Below, in pieces: positions 9,984-19,614 of a DNA stretch of 64,000 bases. Each line of letters starts with the position of its first letter. Within the stretch, counting starts at the first letter, position 1. The notes beneath the pieces are model-generated. The model saw nothing but the letters and a program-made list of their open reading frames with translations, was not told the DNA's origin and ran no database searches. Location: NCBI GenBank assembly GCA_963822445.1, contig CAWGHO010000002.1:1888001-1952000 (forward strand), in the 5' to 3' direction. A program made the translations under genes and the position numbers. The DNA is from an uncultured Acidobacteriota bacterium (GTDB taxonomy: Bacteria > Acidobacteriota > Thermoanaerobaculia > Gp7-AA8).

Positions 9984-12917
9984 ATGCTAACCCGCGAGCG
10001 TGTCGCCGCCGCTCACCCTCTCGACCTCTTCCGCGACCTCGGATACCCGATCGCCCCGATCGAAGTCGACCCGCAGGAATGGCGTCGCGGCGGCGTGACC
10101 ATTCCCTGGAACGGCGAAGCCCGTTTGCATCTCGCGGCGCGGCTGCGGCGCTTCGATCTGTTCCATCTGGAGGGGGAGGTTTCGGAGGAATGGATCGCGC
10201 AATTCATGCGCAGTTATGCGGATTACAACGCACTCACTAAATCAGCACTAATTTATAAGACATCATTATTCGATCTGAATGCAGATCGTTCCCTGCGCCG
10301 GCTCGATCTCACGGCCACCACCCACGCCGTCGATCGCCTCAACCTGCTCGCGTGCGGCGACGATCTTCCCCGGATCTTCGACCGCGCGCTCGATCGCGAA
10401 AGCGTCACCCGGCTGTTCTTCCAGCGATTCCGTTCCGCCGTTCGCGATGTCGCTTCGGCAATTACGCACGCGTGCCCGAAAGAAGCGACGGAGGCCGTCG
10501 ATGGCGAGGCGCTGCTGATTCTCTCCCGGCTCCTCTTCCTGTCCTTCGTTCAGGAAAAGGGCTGGCTGAACGGCGAGCGGCGCTTCCTCGTCGATCGGCT
10601 CGCTCACGAGATCAGCCGCGGCCGCGAGTTCTTCTCCAGCGTGCTCGTGCCGCTGTTCTTCGGCTGCCTGAACACGCCGCTGCACGAGCGAACGCTTTCG
10701 GCGCGGAAGCTGGGCCGCATCCCCTATCTCAACGGCGGTTTGTTCGAGCCCGCCGCATTCGAGCAGCGCAATCCGAAGCTCCATCTGCCGAACGAGTTGA
10801 TGCAGCGCGTGATCGAAGAGGTCTTCGAGCGCTTCGACTTCCGCATCGAGGAGACCGACACCGCCGGAACGCATGTCGATCCGGAGATGCTGGGCAAAGT
10901 CTTCGAATCGCTGATGGCCGCGGACGAGCGGGCGTCGAGCGGCAGCTTCTACACGCCGAGGGAAATCGTGGACATCCTCACCGAGCGCGCGGTCAGCGAA
11001 TGGCTCGCCGACGGCGGCGTGGAGCGGCTGGAGCAGATCACCGTGCTCGATCCGGCGTGCGGTTCCGGCGCGTTTCTGCTCTCCGCGCTGGGCACGATCG
11101 AGCGCCATTACAAACGGCTGACGGGAACGATCCCGCCCGATCTGAGGCAACGGATCGTGTCCCGGAACCTGTTCGGCGTCGATCTGAAGCCGGAAGCGGT
11201 TCGATTGTGCGAGCTGCGTTTATGGCTGGCGATCGTCGCGGCGACGGACGCGCCGGTGGAAATGGTCCAGCCGCTGCCGAATCTCGATCGCAACATCCTT
11301 CAGGGCAACTCGCTCCTCAGTCCGACCGATTTTCTCGGCGACGCACGCGCCGATATCTATGGCGAATGGGTGGTCGCGCTGCACGCGCAACGGAACCTGC
11401 TCGAGCGCTATCGAGCCGCGTCGCACGCCGAGCGCCCGGCGTTGTATCGCGTGATTCGAGGGAACGATCAGCGTCTCGCGGCGGACCTGCTCGCGAAGTC
11501 GATCGACGCCGCGGAGCGCGAGCTGCAACATCTCACCGCGCCGCAACGCGATCTCTTCGGACGAGCCGTAACTGCCGATGCGGAAGCTTGCCGCGCACTG
11601 CAGGAGCGGATCGCCGAGTGCCGGCGGATGCTGGAGAAGGTCGAGGAAGGCACGCTCGACTTCTTCTCCTTCGACATCCACTTCGCGCACGTCATGGCCG
11701 CAGGCGGCTTTCACATCGTGGCCGGCAACCCGCCTTGGGTGCGCAACAGCCGCATCGACGCGCGGGCCAAGCGGATGTACGCCGATCGTTATCAGCTCTT
11801 CCGCGGATACCGCGACGGCACGGCCTTCCATCAGCCGGATCTTTCGGTCGCCTTCTTCGAACGTGCCCTCGCTCTCACCGCGCCGGGCGGCGTGACCGCG
11901 CTGCTGATGCCGGCGAAGATCGCCAACGCCGCGTACGCCGGTCCGCTGCGACATGCCGCGCGCAAGCGGGGGCGCATTGTGGCCATCGACGACTGGAGCG
12001 ACGACCCCCGCCGCCACCGCTGGTTCGAAGCCGACACCTTCCCCCTCGGCATCGTCCTGGCCCGCGACGGCAAACGCGCGGACGTTCGTGTGACCGCCGA
12101 CGGCGAGTCGTTCGAGCTCGGCGAGTTGTCGCTCGGCTCGGAATGGGCGCTGGTGCCGCCCGAGATCGGCGCGATCGCACGGCGTCTGCGCGAGAAGTTT
12201 CCGCCGCTCGCCGTCGCTCTCCATCGCAAGCCGTTCATGGGTGTGAAGACCGGCGACAACCGCAGCTTCTTTCTCGACGATGCCGACATTCGCCGCTTCC
12301 GCATTCCACCGACGGCGCTCTGCCGGGCCGTGCGCGGACGCGATCTCGAACGCTGGACCGCCAACGAGTCGCAGTGGATGCTCTGGCCGCCGAAGAACGG
12401 CTGGACGAAGCCGCCGCGTTGGCTCGAGCGCCTGGCGGCCGAGCGTGGTCTGGCGCCGCGCGATTTTCGTTTGTCGTTCGTGCGGCCGGAGCACGTCGGG
12501 ATCAAGGTCGCATGGAAGGATTTGTCCCGCGGCATGGCCGCCGCGGTCTTGCCGGACATCGTGAACATCGACGGGCAGGCTTTCCCGCTCATCCCGAACC
12601 AGACGCTTTACGCAATCGACGCGGTCTCGCTCGACGAGGCGTACGTCATCGCCGCTCTGCTCAATTCGACGATCGCCGGCGCGCTGCTTCTCTGCACCGC
12701 CGAACGGGCGAAAGACGCGCATTACCGCTATTTCGGGCGCACCGTCGCGGCTCTGCCTTTGCCCGACATGGCCGGCGACTGGCAGGCGCTGGTTCGCGCT
12801 TCGCGGCGCGGCAATCTCACCGCCGTCGATCAGGTCGTGGCGAAGCTCTACGGTCTGAGCGAGCACGAGTCACAGCTCATCGAAGGATTCGTGCAGCGGA
12901 GACTCGGTGCTCGCTGA
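9984..12917 (+). CDS. Eco57I/type IIG-like N6-adenine DNA methyltransferase
   Basis: PYLNGGLF, DPEMLGKVFE, GSFYTP, LDPACGSGAFL (motif I), GNPPW (motif IV) and a C-terminal target-recognition-like region. Confidence 0.88.
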   Translation: MLTRERVAAAHPLDLFRDLGYPIAPIEVDPQEWRRGGVTIPWNGEARLHLAARLRRFDLFHLEGEVSEEWIAQFMRSYADYNALTKSALIYKTSLFDLNADRSLRRLDLTATTHAVDRLNLLACGDDLPRIFDRALDRESVTRLFFQRFRSAVRDVASAITHACPKEATEAVDGEALLILSRLLFLSFVQEKGWLNGERRFLVDRLAHEISRGREFFSSVLVPLFFGCLNTPLHERTLSARKLGRIPYLNGGLFEPAAFEQRNPKLHLPNELMQRVIEEVFERFDFRIEETDTAGTHVDPEMLGKVFESLMAADERASSGSFYTPREIVDILTERAVSEWLADGGVERLEQITVLDPACGSGAFLLSALGTIERHYKRLTGTIPPDLRQRIVSRNLFGVDLKPEAVRLCELRLWLAIVAATDAPVEMVQPLPNLDRNILQGNSLLSPTDFLGDARADIYGEWVVALHAQRNLLERYRAASHAERPALYRVIRGNDQRLAADLLAKSIDAAERELQHLTAPQRDLFGRAVTADAEACRALQERIAECRRMLEKVEEGTLDFFSFDIHFAHVMAAGGFHIVAGNPPWVRNSRIDARAKRMYADRYQLFRGYRDGTAFHQPDLSVAFFERALALTAPGGVTALLMPAKIANAAYAGPLRHAARKRGRIVAIDDWSDDPRRHRWFEADTFPLGIVLARDGKRADVRVTADGESFELGELSLGSEWALVPPEIGAIARRLREKFPPLAVALHRKPFMGVKTGDNRSFFLDDADIRRFRIPPTALCRAVRGRDLERWTANESQWMLWPPKNGWTKPPRWLERLAAERGLAPRDFRLSFVRPEHVGIKVAWKDLSRGMAAAVLPDIVNIDGQAFPLIPNQTLYAIDAVSLDEAYVIAALLNSTIAGALLLCTAERAKDAHYRYFGRTVAALPLPDMAGDWQALVRASRRGNLTAVDQVVAKLYGLSEHESQLIEGFVQRRLGAR

Positions 12918-14472
12918 GCATCAGACTGAGGCCGTTGCGCGATGTCTGGATCTTCTTCGCTCGCGCGGCGGCGTCATCCTCGCGGACGACGTCGGCCTCG
13001 GGAAGTCCTTCATCGCCGCGGAAGTGATGAAACGCTTTGCCGATGTCGACCTGATCGTCCCCGCGTCGCTCGTCGAGCAATGGCGGCCCATGACGGACGC
13101 GCGAATCCTCACGCACGGCGCGATCGTCAGCGATCCGTTCGTACCGCAACCCGGCGAGCGACTGGTCGTCGTCGATGAGGCCCACGCCTTCCGCAATCCG
13201 GCTACGCAGCGGTATGCCGCGCTGGCGCGACGAACAACAGCGGCGCGCGTCCTGCTAGTCACGGCGACTCCGGTCTGCAATTCAGCGAGCGACCTCGAGG
13301 CGTTGCTGCGCCTCATCGCACCCGACGACCTGCTGGCCGACCTCGGCGTCCCATCGATCGATGCCGCCTTCGAGAATCGCGACCGGGAGGCCATCGAGAT
13401 CATCGTCGGCGCGCTGGTCATCCGTCGCGATCGAAGCGTGCTGCCGCCGGCGTTGCAATTCGGAGAGCTGGAGCGCCGCGTCGTGCGCCATCCTGTTTTG
13501 AACGCGCCGATCATCGACGAGCTGCGCTTTCCGCTCGTCGGCGACCACGGAATCCTGCGGCGGTTTCTCTGGCGGCGTCTGGAGTCCAGCGAGGCCGCCT
13601 TGGCCGAGTCGGTCCGGCGGCAACTCCGCTTTTACGATCGCGCTCTCGATTGCATCGCCGCCGGCAGGGCGCTGCCGAAACGCGATTACCGCCGCGCGTT
13701 TGCACACGAAGAGGATCGCGATGCCTTTCAGGAAGTTCTGTTCTGGGAGCTGTTCGCGCCGGAAGGGGATGCTGATCCAGTGGCGATCCGCGAGGAGGTC
13801 GCGCGCCTGGAGGCGCTGCTCGCGCAACTCGCGGCTTCGACCTGCGAGAAACGGAGACTCTTGCTGGAGATCGTGGCCGCGGAATCAGAGCCGATGTTGA
13901 TCTTCACCGGCTCGGCCGCGACCGCGCGCGATCTTCACAAGGCCATTCCTCGAAGTGGATTGGTTACCGCGCGGGAGCGCTCGCGCGACGCCGTGCTCCG
14001 CGCCTTTCGCGAGGGACACCTCGACGTCGTGGTCTCCACGGACATGGCGGCCGAGGGGCTGAACCTGCAGCGGGCGGGGGTGGTGGTGCATTACGACATC
14101 CCCTGGAATCCGGTGAAGCTCGATCAGCGCAACGGCCGCGCGTATCGAATCGGCCAGAAGCGCGATCGCGTGCGGGCGATCTACTTTCTGCCGGAGTCGC
14201 GAGAAACGCGCATCGTCGAGACCATCGCCCGGAAGAATCGGATGAGGCGGCGAACGCTAATTGGGCAAGCAGCGGCCACACGCGAAGCGACCCTGCGTCC
14301 GCGACTCACGAAATCAGCCGCATACCTGGCTCTGGCCGCGAAATGGAAACTCCCCGACGGTCTCGCCCGGCGCCACAAAGCAGGCATCGAGCAACTCATG
14401 CTGGAGATGTCGCGCGAATATCTCGATCAGCGCCGCATCGACGATCTCATCGCGCTGTGTAATAGCGCTTGA
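12907..14472 (+). CDS. Compact SNF2-like superfamily 2 helicase/ATPase
   Basis: LADDVGLGKS, DEAH, TATP, EGLNLQ and YDIPWNP..LDQRNGR motifs; overlaps the methyltransferase stop. Confidence 0.88.
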   Translation: MLAEHQTEAVARCLDLLRSRGGVILADDVGLGKSFIAAEVMKRFADVDLIVPASLVEQWRPMTDARILTHGAIVSDPFVPQPGERLVVVDEAHAFRNPATQRYAALARRTTAARVLLVTATPVCNSASDLEALLRLIAPDDLLADLGVPSIDAAFENRDREAIEIIVGALVIRRDRSVLPPALQFGELERRVVRHPVLNAPIIDELRFPLVGDHGILRRFLWRRLESSEAALAESVRRQLRFYDRALDCIAAGRALPKRDYRRAFAHEEDRDAFQEVLFWELFAPEGDADPVAIREEVARLEALLAQLAASTCEKRRLLLEIVAAESEPMLIFTGSAATARDLHKAIPRSGLVTARERSRDAVLRAFREGHLDVVVSTDMAAEGLNLQRAGVVVHYDIPWNPVKLDQRNGRAYRIGQKRDRVRAIYFLPESRETRIVETIARKNRMRRRTLIGQAAATREATLRPRLTKSAAYLALAAKWKLPDGLARRHKAGIEQLMLEMSREYLDQRRIDDLIALCNSA

Positions 14473-15448
14473 CGACTTCCGCGGCCGGCTTGTTCTCGAT
14501 CTCGTAATCGTTGTCCGTCGGACCGCTGTGATCGAGACTCGAAAACCATTTCCACGGATACGCGCCGGCCAGCCACGGCTGCGGCCATACCGCCGCGAAG
14601 AACGCCTCGTACGCTTCGCGCTGTACGTCGAGATTCAGCGGCGCCGCCCGCGGCAGCTCCCACTGCCGCCAGGCGGCGCCGTCCGCGCTGCGGTAGCCGA
14701 TCTCGGTGAACAGAATCGGCCGCCGATGTTTCTTCGACAGAGCTTCGAGCCGCGCCAGCACCGGTTCCCACGCCTTCACCAGGGTCGCGCGATCGGGCGA
14801 CGGCGCATCGACGAGCGGAAAGTAGCCGCTGACGCCGATCCAATCCAGCGCGTCCCAGAACGCGACCCGTTCCACCTCGTCGAAATTCGCGCCGTAGGTC
14901 AGTGGACCTTTGTAGATCGTGCGGACGCGCTCGATGATCGCCCGCCACTCGCGCTCGTACCTCGTCGAGTGCTTCTGCTCGTTGCCGATGCAGAGCGCAT
15001 CGATCTTCGCGTCGCGCGCCAGCGTCGCGTAATGGGTGATGAACTGCTCGTAGGACGCGAACCACTTCCGCCAGTCCTCGTCCGTCCACCGCTCCATCGC
15101 CGCCTCGTCGCGAGCCCAGATGTGCGGCTTGAGCATGACTTTCATGCCGAGGGCGTGGGCCTGGATGGTGGCGCCGCGGAGGGAGGCGTCGTCCTCGTAG
15201 CCGCCCATTCGCACGCTCGGCTCGCTTCGCTGAAAGCCGAACGGCGTGATCGCGATCCAGTTCACCCCGTGCTCCCGCACTTTCTTCAGCGCCGCCGCGG
15301 ACGCCGGCGAGCCGTACCGGATGTCCATCGCGCGGGAGCGATCGAAGTCGCAGGCGTAGTTCATCCCCCGGTGCTTTTCCGCTGCGGGAAAGGTGGAACA
15401 GCCCGCGAAGACCAGTGCGACTAAAATCCTGCTGGTGAACCTCCTCAT
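14447..15448 (-). CDS. Glycoside hydrolase family 113-like TIM-barrel lipoprotein
   Basis: VMLKPHI, IGNE, YGAN.DE, IGVSGYFPL and ILFTEIGY motifs; FAGC lipobox. Confidence 0.8.
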   Translation of the reverse strand: MRRFTSRILVALVFAGCSTFPAAEKHRGMNYACDFDRSRAMDIRYGSPASAAALKKVREHGVNWIAITPFGFQRSEPSVRMGGYEDDASLRGATIQAHALGMKVMLKPHIWARDEAAMERWTDEDWRKWFASYEQFITHYATLARDAKIDALCIGNEQKHSTRYEREWRAIIERVRTIYKGPLTYGANFDEVERVAFWDALDWIGVSGYFPLVDAPSPDRATLVKAWEPVLARLEALSKKHRRPILFTEIGYRSADGAAWRQWELPRAAPLNLDVQREAYEAFFAAVWPQPWLAGAYPWKWFSSLDHSGPTDNDYEIENKPAAEVVKRYYTAR

Positions 15449-16850
15449 CGTCGACGACGAAGCCTCCCTGCGCGATTTTCTCAGCATCGTGTTCGAAGGC
15501 GAAGGCTGGAACGTCGAGTCGGCCGGCTCACTCGCCGAAGCGCGTGCCGAACTGCAGCGCGGCGAGCCGGACATCGTCCTCTGCGACCTGATGCTCCCCG
15601 ACGGCTCCGGCATCGATCTCATCCGTGAAGTGAAGGCCCAGACGCCATCCGTGCCCTTCGTGATGATCACCGCCCACACCTCGACGCGTTCGGCTGTCGA
15701 GGCGCTGAAGGCCGGCGCGATCGACTACATCGCCAAGCCCTTTGACATCGAAGAGCTGAAGCTGGTCGTGCGCAAGGCCGTCGAGCGCAAGGAGCTCGAG
15801 GACGAGAACGTCCACCTGCGCACCGCGCTCGAGGAGCGCTTCACCTTCTCCAACATCATCGGGCGCAGCTCGAAGATGCAGGAGATCTTCTCGATCGTCA
15901 GCCGCATCGCCAAGACCATGTCCACGGTCCTGATCTCCGGCGAGTCGGGCACTGGCAAGGAGCTCATTGCCCGAGCGATTCACTACAACTCCGATCGTCG
16001 CGGAAAGTTCGTCTCCATCAATTGCGGAGCGCTGCCCGAAACGCTGCTCGAATCGGAGCTCTTCGGCCACGAGCGCGGTGCATTCACCGGCGCGGTCCGC
16101 GACAAACGCGGCCTTTTTCACGAAGCCGATCGGGGCACGATCTTCCTCGATGAGATCGGCGAGACATCGACGGCGATGCAGATCAAGCTTCTGCGCGTGC
16201 TTCAGGATCGCGTGGTTCGTAAAGTCGGCTCGAACACGGAGGCTCTCGTCGACGTCCGCGTGATCGCGGCTACGAACGCCGATCTGTCGGAATCGATCAA
16301 GGCGGGAACGTTCCGCGAGGATCTCTTCTATCGCATCAACGTCATTCCCATCACCCTGCCGCCGCTCAGGCATCGCAAGGAAGACATCGCCCTGCTCGTC
16401 GATCACTTCATCGAGAACTTCTGCACGAAGATGGGCGTCCCGCGGAAGCGGATCTCGTCCGACGCCATGCGCGCGATCGAGAAGTACCACTGGCCGGGCA
16501 ACGTCCGCGAGCTGGAGAACGTGATCGAGCGGCTGATCGCGCTGGAAAGCTCGGAAACGCTCACCACGAAATCGCTCCCCGAGCATGTCCTCCTTGGCGG
16601 CCGCATCCCCGACGCCACGTTCGAGCTTCCGCCCGAGGGGTTGTCGCTGGAGGAGCATCTTCAGGCGATCACCAAGATCTTCATGCTCAAGGCGCTGGAG
16701 CGCGCCGGCGGCGTGCAGACCCAGGCCGCGGAGCTGCTGCAGATGTCCTTCCGCTCGTTCCGCTACTACGCGAAAAAGTACGACATCATCCCGCGGGAGC
16801 GGGAGCTCGAAGACGTGATCGAGCCGGCGAAAGAGGTGTTCGAAAAATGA
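15435..16850 (+). CDS. PilR/NtrC-family sigma54-dependent response regulator
   Basis: Receiver domain (VDDE), GESGTGKE, GAFTGA, WPGNVRELEN and a C-terminal HTH (SFRSFRY, PilR-like). Confidence 0.92.
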   Translation: MNLLIVDDEASLRDFLSIVFEGEGWNVESAGSLAEARAELQRGEPDIVLCDLMLPDGSGIDLIREVKAQTPSVPFVMITAHTSTRSAVEALKAGAIDYIAKPFDIEELKLVVRKAVERKELEDENVHLRTALEERFTFSNIIGRSSKMQEIFSIVSRIAKTMSTVLISGESGTGKELIARAIHYNSDRRGKFVSINCGALPETLLESELFGHERGAFTGAVRDKRGLFHEADRGTIFLDEIGETSTAMQIKLLRVLQDRVVRKVGSNTEALVDVRVIAATNADLSESIKAGTFREDLFYRINVIPITLPPLRHRKEDIALLVDHFIENFCTKMGVPRKRISSDAMRAIEKYHWPGNVRELENVIERLIALESSETLTTKSLPEHVLLGGRIPDATFELPPEGLSLEEHLQAITKIFMLKALERAGGVQTQAAELLQMSFRSFRYYAKKYDIIPRERELEDVIEPAKEVFEK

Positions 16851-17329
16851 AGCTGCTCTTCGTCGTACTCCTAGTGACCGCATGCTCGCAGCAGGCGCCC
16901 GCGCCTCCGCCCTCCGAGCCCGCGCCGGCGCCGGTCGCTTCCGGTCCGCGCGTGATTCTTCCGGACAACTCCGTGTACAGCGTCGAGATCGCGGCCGATC
17001 AGGATCTGCGCGCGCAAGGGCTCATGTATCGCGATCAGCTCCGGCCCGCGACGGGGATGCTCTTTTTCTTTCCGGCCGACGGCGATTACGGGTTCTGGAT
17101 GAAGAACACGCTCATCCCGCTGGACATGATCTGGATCGATTCCAACCGCAAGGTCGTGCACATCAAGACGGACGTGCCGCCGTGCAGGATCGAGCAGTGT
17201 CCGAGTTACGATCCGGGCGTCCCGTCGCGGTACGTGCTGGAGCTCGCCGCGGGTGAGGCCGCAAAGCACCGGTTGACGGTTGGTGACGTGCTGCGGTTCG
17301 AAGGAATGGATAACGTCGTAGTTCGTTGA
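16847..17329 (+). CDS. DUF192 family lipoprotein
   Basis: VTAC lipobox; GLMYR, GMLF, FWMKNTLIPLDMIW and YVLEL motifs. Confidence 0.88.
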   Translation: MKLLFVVLLVTACSQQAPAPPPSEPAPAPVASGPRVILPDNSVYSVEIAADQDLRAQGLMYRDQLRPATGMLFFFPADGDYGFWMKNTLIPLDMIWIDSNRKVVHIKTDVPPCRIEQCPSYDPGVPSRYVLELAAGEAAKHRLTVGDVLRFEGMDNVVVR

Positions 17330-18239
17330 AACTGGCAATGTTCCGGTTCCGAGGCGAGAACCTCCGCTCCGTTTTCATTCTCCTGTTCCTGAACGTCGCG
17401 TTCTTTCTGCTCGAGCATCAGGACCCGGAGAAGTACGCGCGGCTCTTCCGATTCGATGCGGAGGCCGTCGCGGGGGGGAGGTGTGGCGTCTGGTCACGTA
17501 CCAGTTCACGCAGGCCGGAACGGGATGGATGGAAGCGCTCTCGCTTTTCATCACCCTGCTGTTGCTCTACATGATGGGCTCCGCGCTCGAAGAGGAATGG
17601 GGTACCTGGAACTTCCTGGTCTTCTTCCTGGTCTCGGCGCTGACCACCGCCGGTGTCGCGGCCTACCTCGGCATCCCGCTCCTGGGCACGTACTTCGTCT
17701 ACTTCACCCTGCTGTTCGTGTACGCGTCTGCATTTCCGCAGCAGACGTTCTACCTGTTCGGGATGATGCCCGTGCGCGTGCGGATGCTCGCCGCGTTCTC
17801 GCTGGCCGTGCTCGTTTACGGCGTGTTCAGCGGAGGAATGGCGAATCTCGCCGCGCTGGCCGGTGCGACGGCGGCGTACTTTTACTATCTCTCCCATCGG
17901 ATCCGGATTCGGATCGTCACGACGACCGCCGAGGCCGAGGAAGAAGTGCCGCAGGTGCGGATCGACACGACGCCGATTCACAACGCGGCGCGGTTCACGG
18001 CGATCAAGCAGGCCATTGCGACGCAATCGGATTCGGATGTCGAACGGTTGCTGACGCAGTGTGAGCGGGAAGTGGTGGCCGGCGTGAACATCTGCCCGCC
18101 GGTCGACTACAAACCCGAGAACGCGGATGGCTACTGCGTGCGTTGCGAGGGGTTCGCGGAATGCTCGGCGCGGTATCTGCGCGCGCACCGGCCGGCTACG
18201 GCGCCGGCGGCGTTGCCGGTGCCGGACGCGTCTACGTAG
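17326..18239 (+). CDS. Rhomboid-like membrane protein with a Cys-rich C-terminal domain; frameshifted in a G-tract at 17472-17478
   Basis: Two overlapping frames join as AVAGGEVWRLVT if one G is added; GSALEEEWG motif. Confidence 0.65.
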
Positions 18240-18337
18240 GGGAGCGGCCGTCCCGGCCGCCCTCGGCGGGCATCCTGCCCGACGATTCAGCACCGGGCAG
18301 GCTGCCCGGTGCGATGCGAGCGGGACGCTTGCTCCCC

Positions 18338-19018
18338 TCAGGTCGCTGGTGTGTCGCCCCCACCCTCACCACCCGGCCCACCACCCCCGCCGCGACGGCG
18401 GCGGCGGAAGCGACGGCGTTTGCGGTCGCCGCCGCCTTCGCCGGGTGGGCGGTCGGGGCGCGGCGGCTTTGGCGCTTCAGGGGACGCGGCGCCTTCGGGC
18501 CGCGGAGGACGTTCGGGACGGGGAGGACGCTCCGGACGCGGAGGTCTCGGCTGCTGCGGCTGCTGTTGCTGGCGTTCCGGCTGCGGCGGCCCACCGGCGG
18601 ACGGACCGGCTCCGCCGCGACCGCGACGACGCCGTCTGCGGCTGCGAGAGGTCTGATCACCAGCAGGCTGGCCCTGGACTTGTTGCTGTTGCTGTTGCGG
18701 TGGTCGCTGCTGCTGCGGAGGCCGCTGCGGTTGCGTGCGTTGTTGCTGCTGCCCACCGCCGCGCTGGCGATCCTTCTGCCGCTGCTGAGGATTCGGACGG
18801 TCGCCGCGGCCCGGACGATCGCGCCGCGGCTCGTCCGCGGGGCGTGTCGCCTTGCCCGTCCGCTGCTCGAACTCGCGGACTTTCTTTTCCATGAACCGCC
18901 GCGCCTGCTGTTCGAGCTTCTGCCCGGTCGCGTTGTAACCGCAGTACGGGCAACGCTGCCACCCCTCGGGATAGGTCTTCTTACACGACGTACAAAGAAT
19001 GCTTTTCGGGAGCGGCAT
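18338..19018 (-). CDS. Zinc-ribbon protein with a long low-complexity Arg/Pro/Gln/Gly tail
   Basis: CTSC...CPYC at the N-terminus; PQQQR, RPERPP and poly-R tracts. Confidence 0.7.
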   Translation of the reverse strand: MPLPKSILCTSCKKTYPEGWQRCPYCGYNATGQKLEQQARRFMEKKVREFEQRTGKATRPADEPRRDRPGRGDRPNPQQRQKDRQRGGGQQQQRTQPQRPPQQQRPPQQQQQQVQGQPAGDQTSRSRRRRRRGRGGAGPSAGGPPQPERQQQQPQQPRPPRPERPPRPERPPRPEGAASPEAPKPPRPDRPPGEGGGDRKRRRFRRRRRGGGGGPGGEGGGDTPAT

Positions 19019-19052
19019 CGCGAATCGGCGCGCATTGTACACTCCGGATTCC

Positions 19053-19241
19053 ATGGACGAAGGCCGCCGCCGGACGCTGTTGGAGCTCATCGAACTGGCC
19101 GATGAAAGCTCGCCCGGGGCGTGCTGGGACGACGCGCGGGCCATCCAGTTGCTGCGCAGTCAGACCACGGCGGACGAGCTTCGCGAGCTGGGGGCGTCCG
19201 AGGGGCTGATCGAGCACGTTTTCGCGGAGAGTCATGGGTAA
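19053..19241 (+). CDS. Small hypothetical protein
   Basis: 62-codon ORF after a TACACT -10-like box; overlaps the start of the next gene. Confidence 0.55.
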   Translation: MDEGRRRTLLELIELADESSPGACWDDARAIQLLRSQTTADELRELGASEGLIEHVFAESHG

Positions 19242-19614
19242 GTACAGCGTGCGGGTCGAAGCGCGTTTCGAAGCCGCTCACTTTCTTCGCGAGTACCGTG
19301 GGATCACCGAGCCGCTGCACGGCCATTCCTACAAAGTCGAAGCTGACCTTTCGGCGCGTGGCGGTGGGGTCGATTCCGACGCGATCGCCGTCGACTTCGT
19401 CAGTGCGAAACGAAAGCTGGACGTGCTGGCGAAGAAGCTCGACTACGGCTGCATCAACGACATCCCGCCCTTCAACGAAGTGAACCCGAGCGCGGAGAAC
19501 ATCGCTGAATGGTTCGCGCACGAGCTGCAGACCGCGATCCAGGATGAGAACGCGATCGTTACCGCGGTGACGCTCTGGGAAGGGCCGGTCAACTCGGTCA
19601 CCTACACGCCATGA
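19234..19614 (+). CDS. 6-pyruvoyltetrahydropterin synthase/QueD family protein with an ExxHGH (PTPS-III-type) motif
   Basis: FEAAH, EPLHGHSY, VDF, NPSAENIA and LWE motifs. Confidence 0.85.
   Translation: MGKYSVRVEARFEAAHFLREYRGITEPLHGHSYKVEADLSARGGGVDSDAIAVDFVSAKRKLDVLAKKLDYGCINDIPPFNEVNPSAENIAEWFAHELQTAIQDENAIVTAVTLWEGPVNSVTYTP

Noticed and set aside
10245-10275. Possible dif/Xer site
   Set aside because: The spacer is 7 nt, the XerD arm matches TTATGTTAAAT poorly, and the site lies inside a CDS
9984-14472. Complete DISARM or BREX system
   Set aside because: No drmA/B/C, pglZ or brxC-like genes in the window
19234-19614. Gene symbol queD
   Set aside because: The catalytic Cys motif is absent and no queuosine genes are nearby
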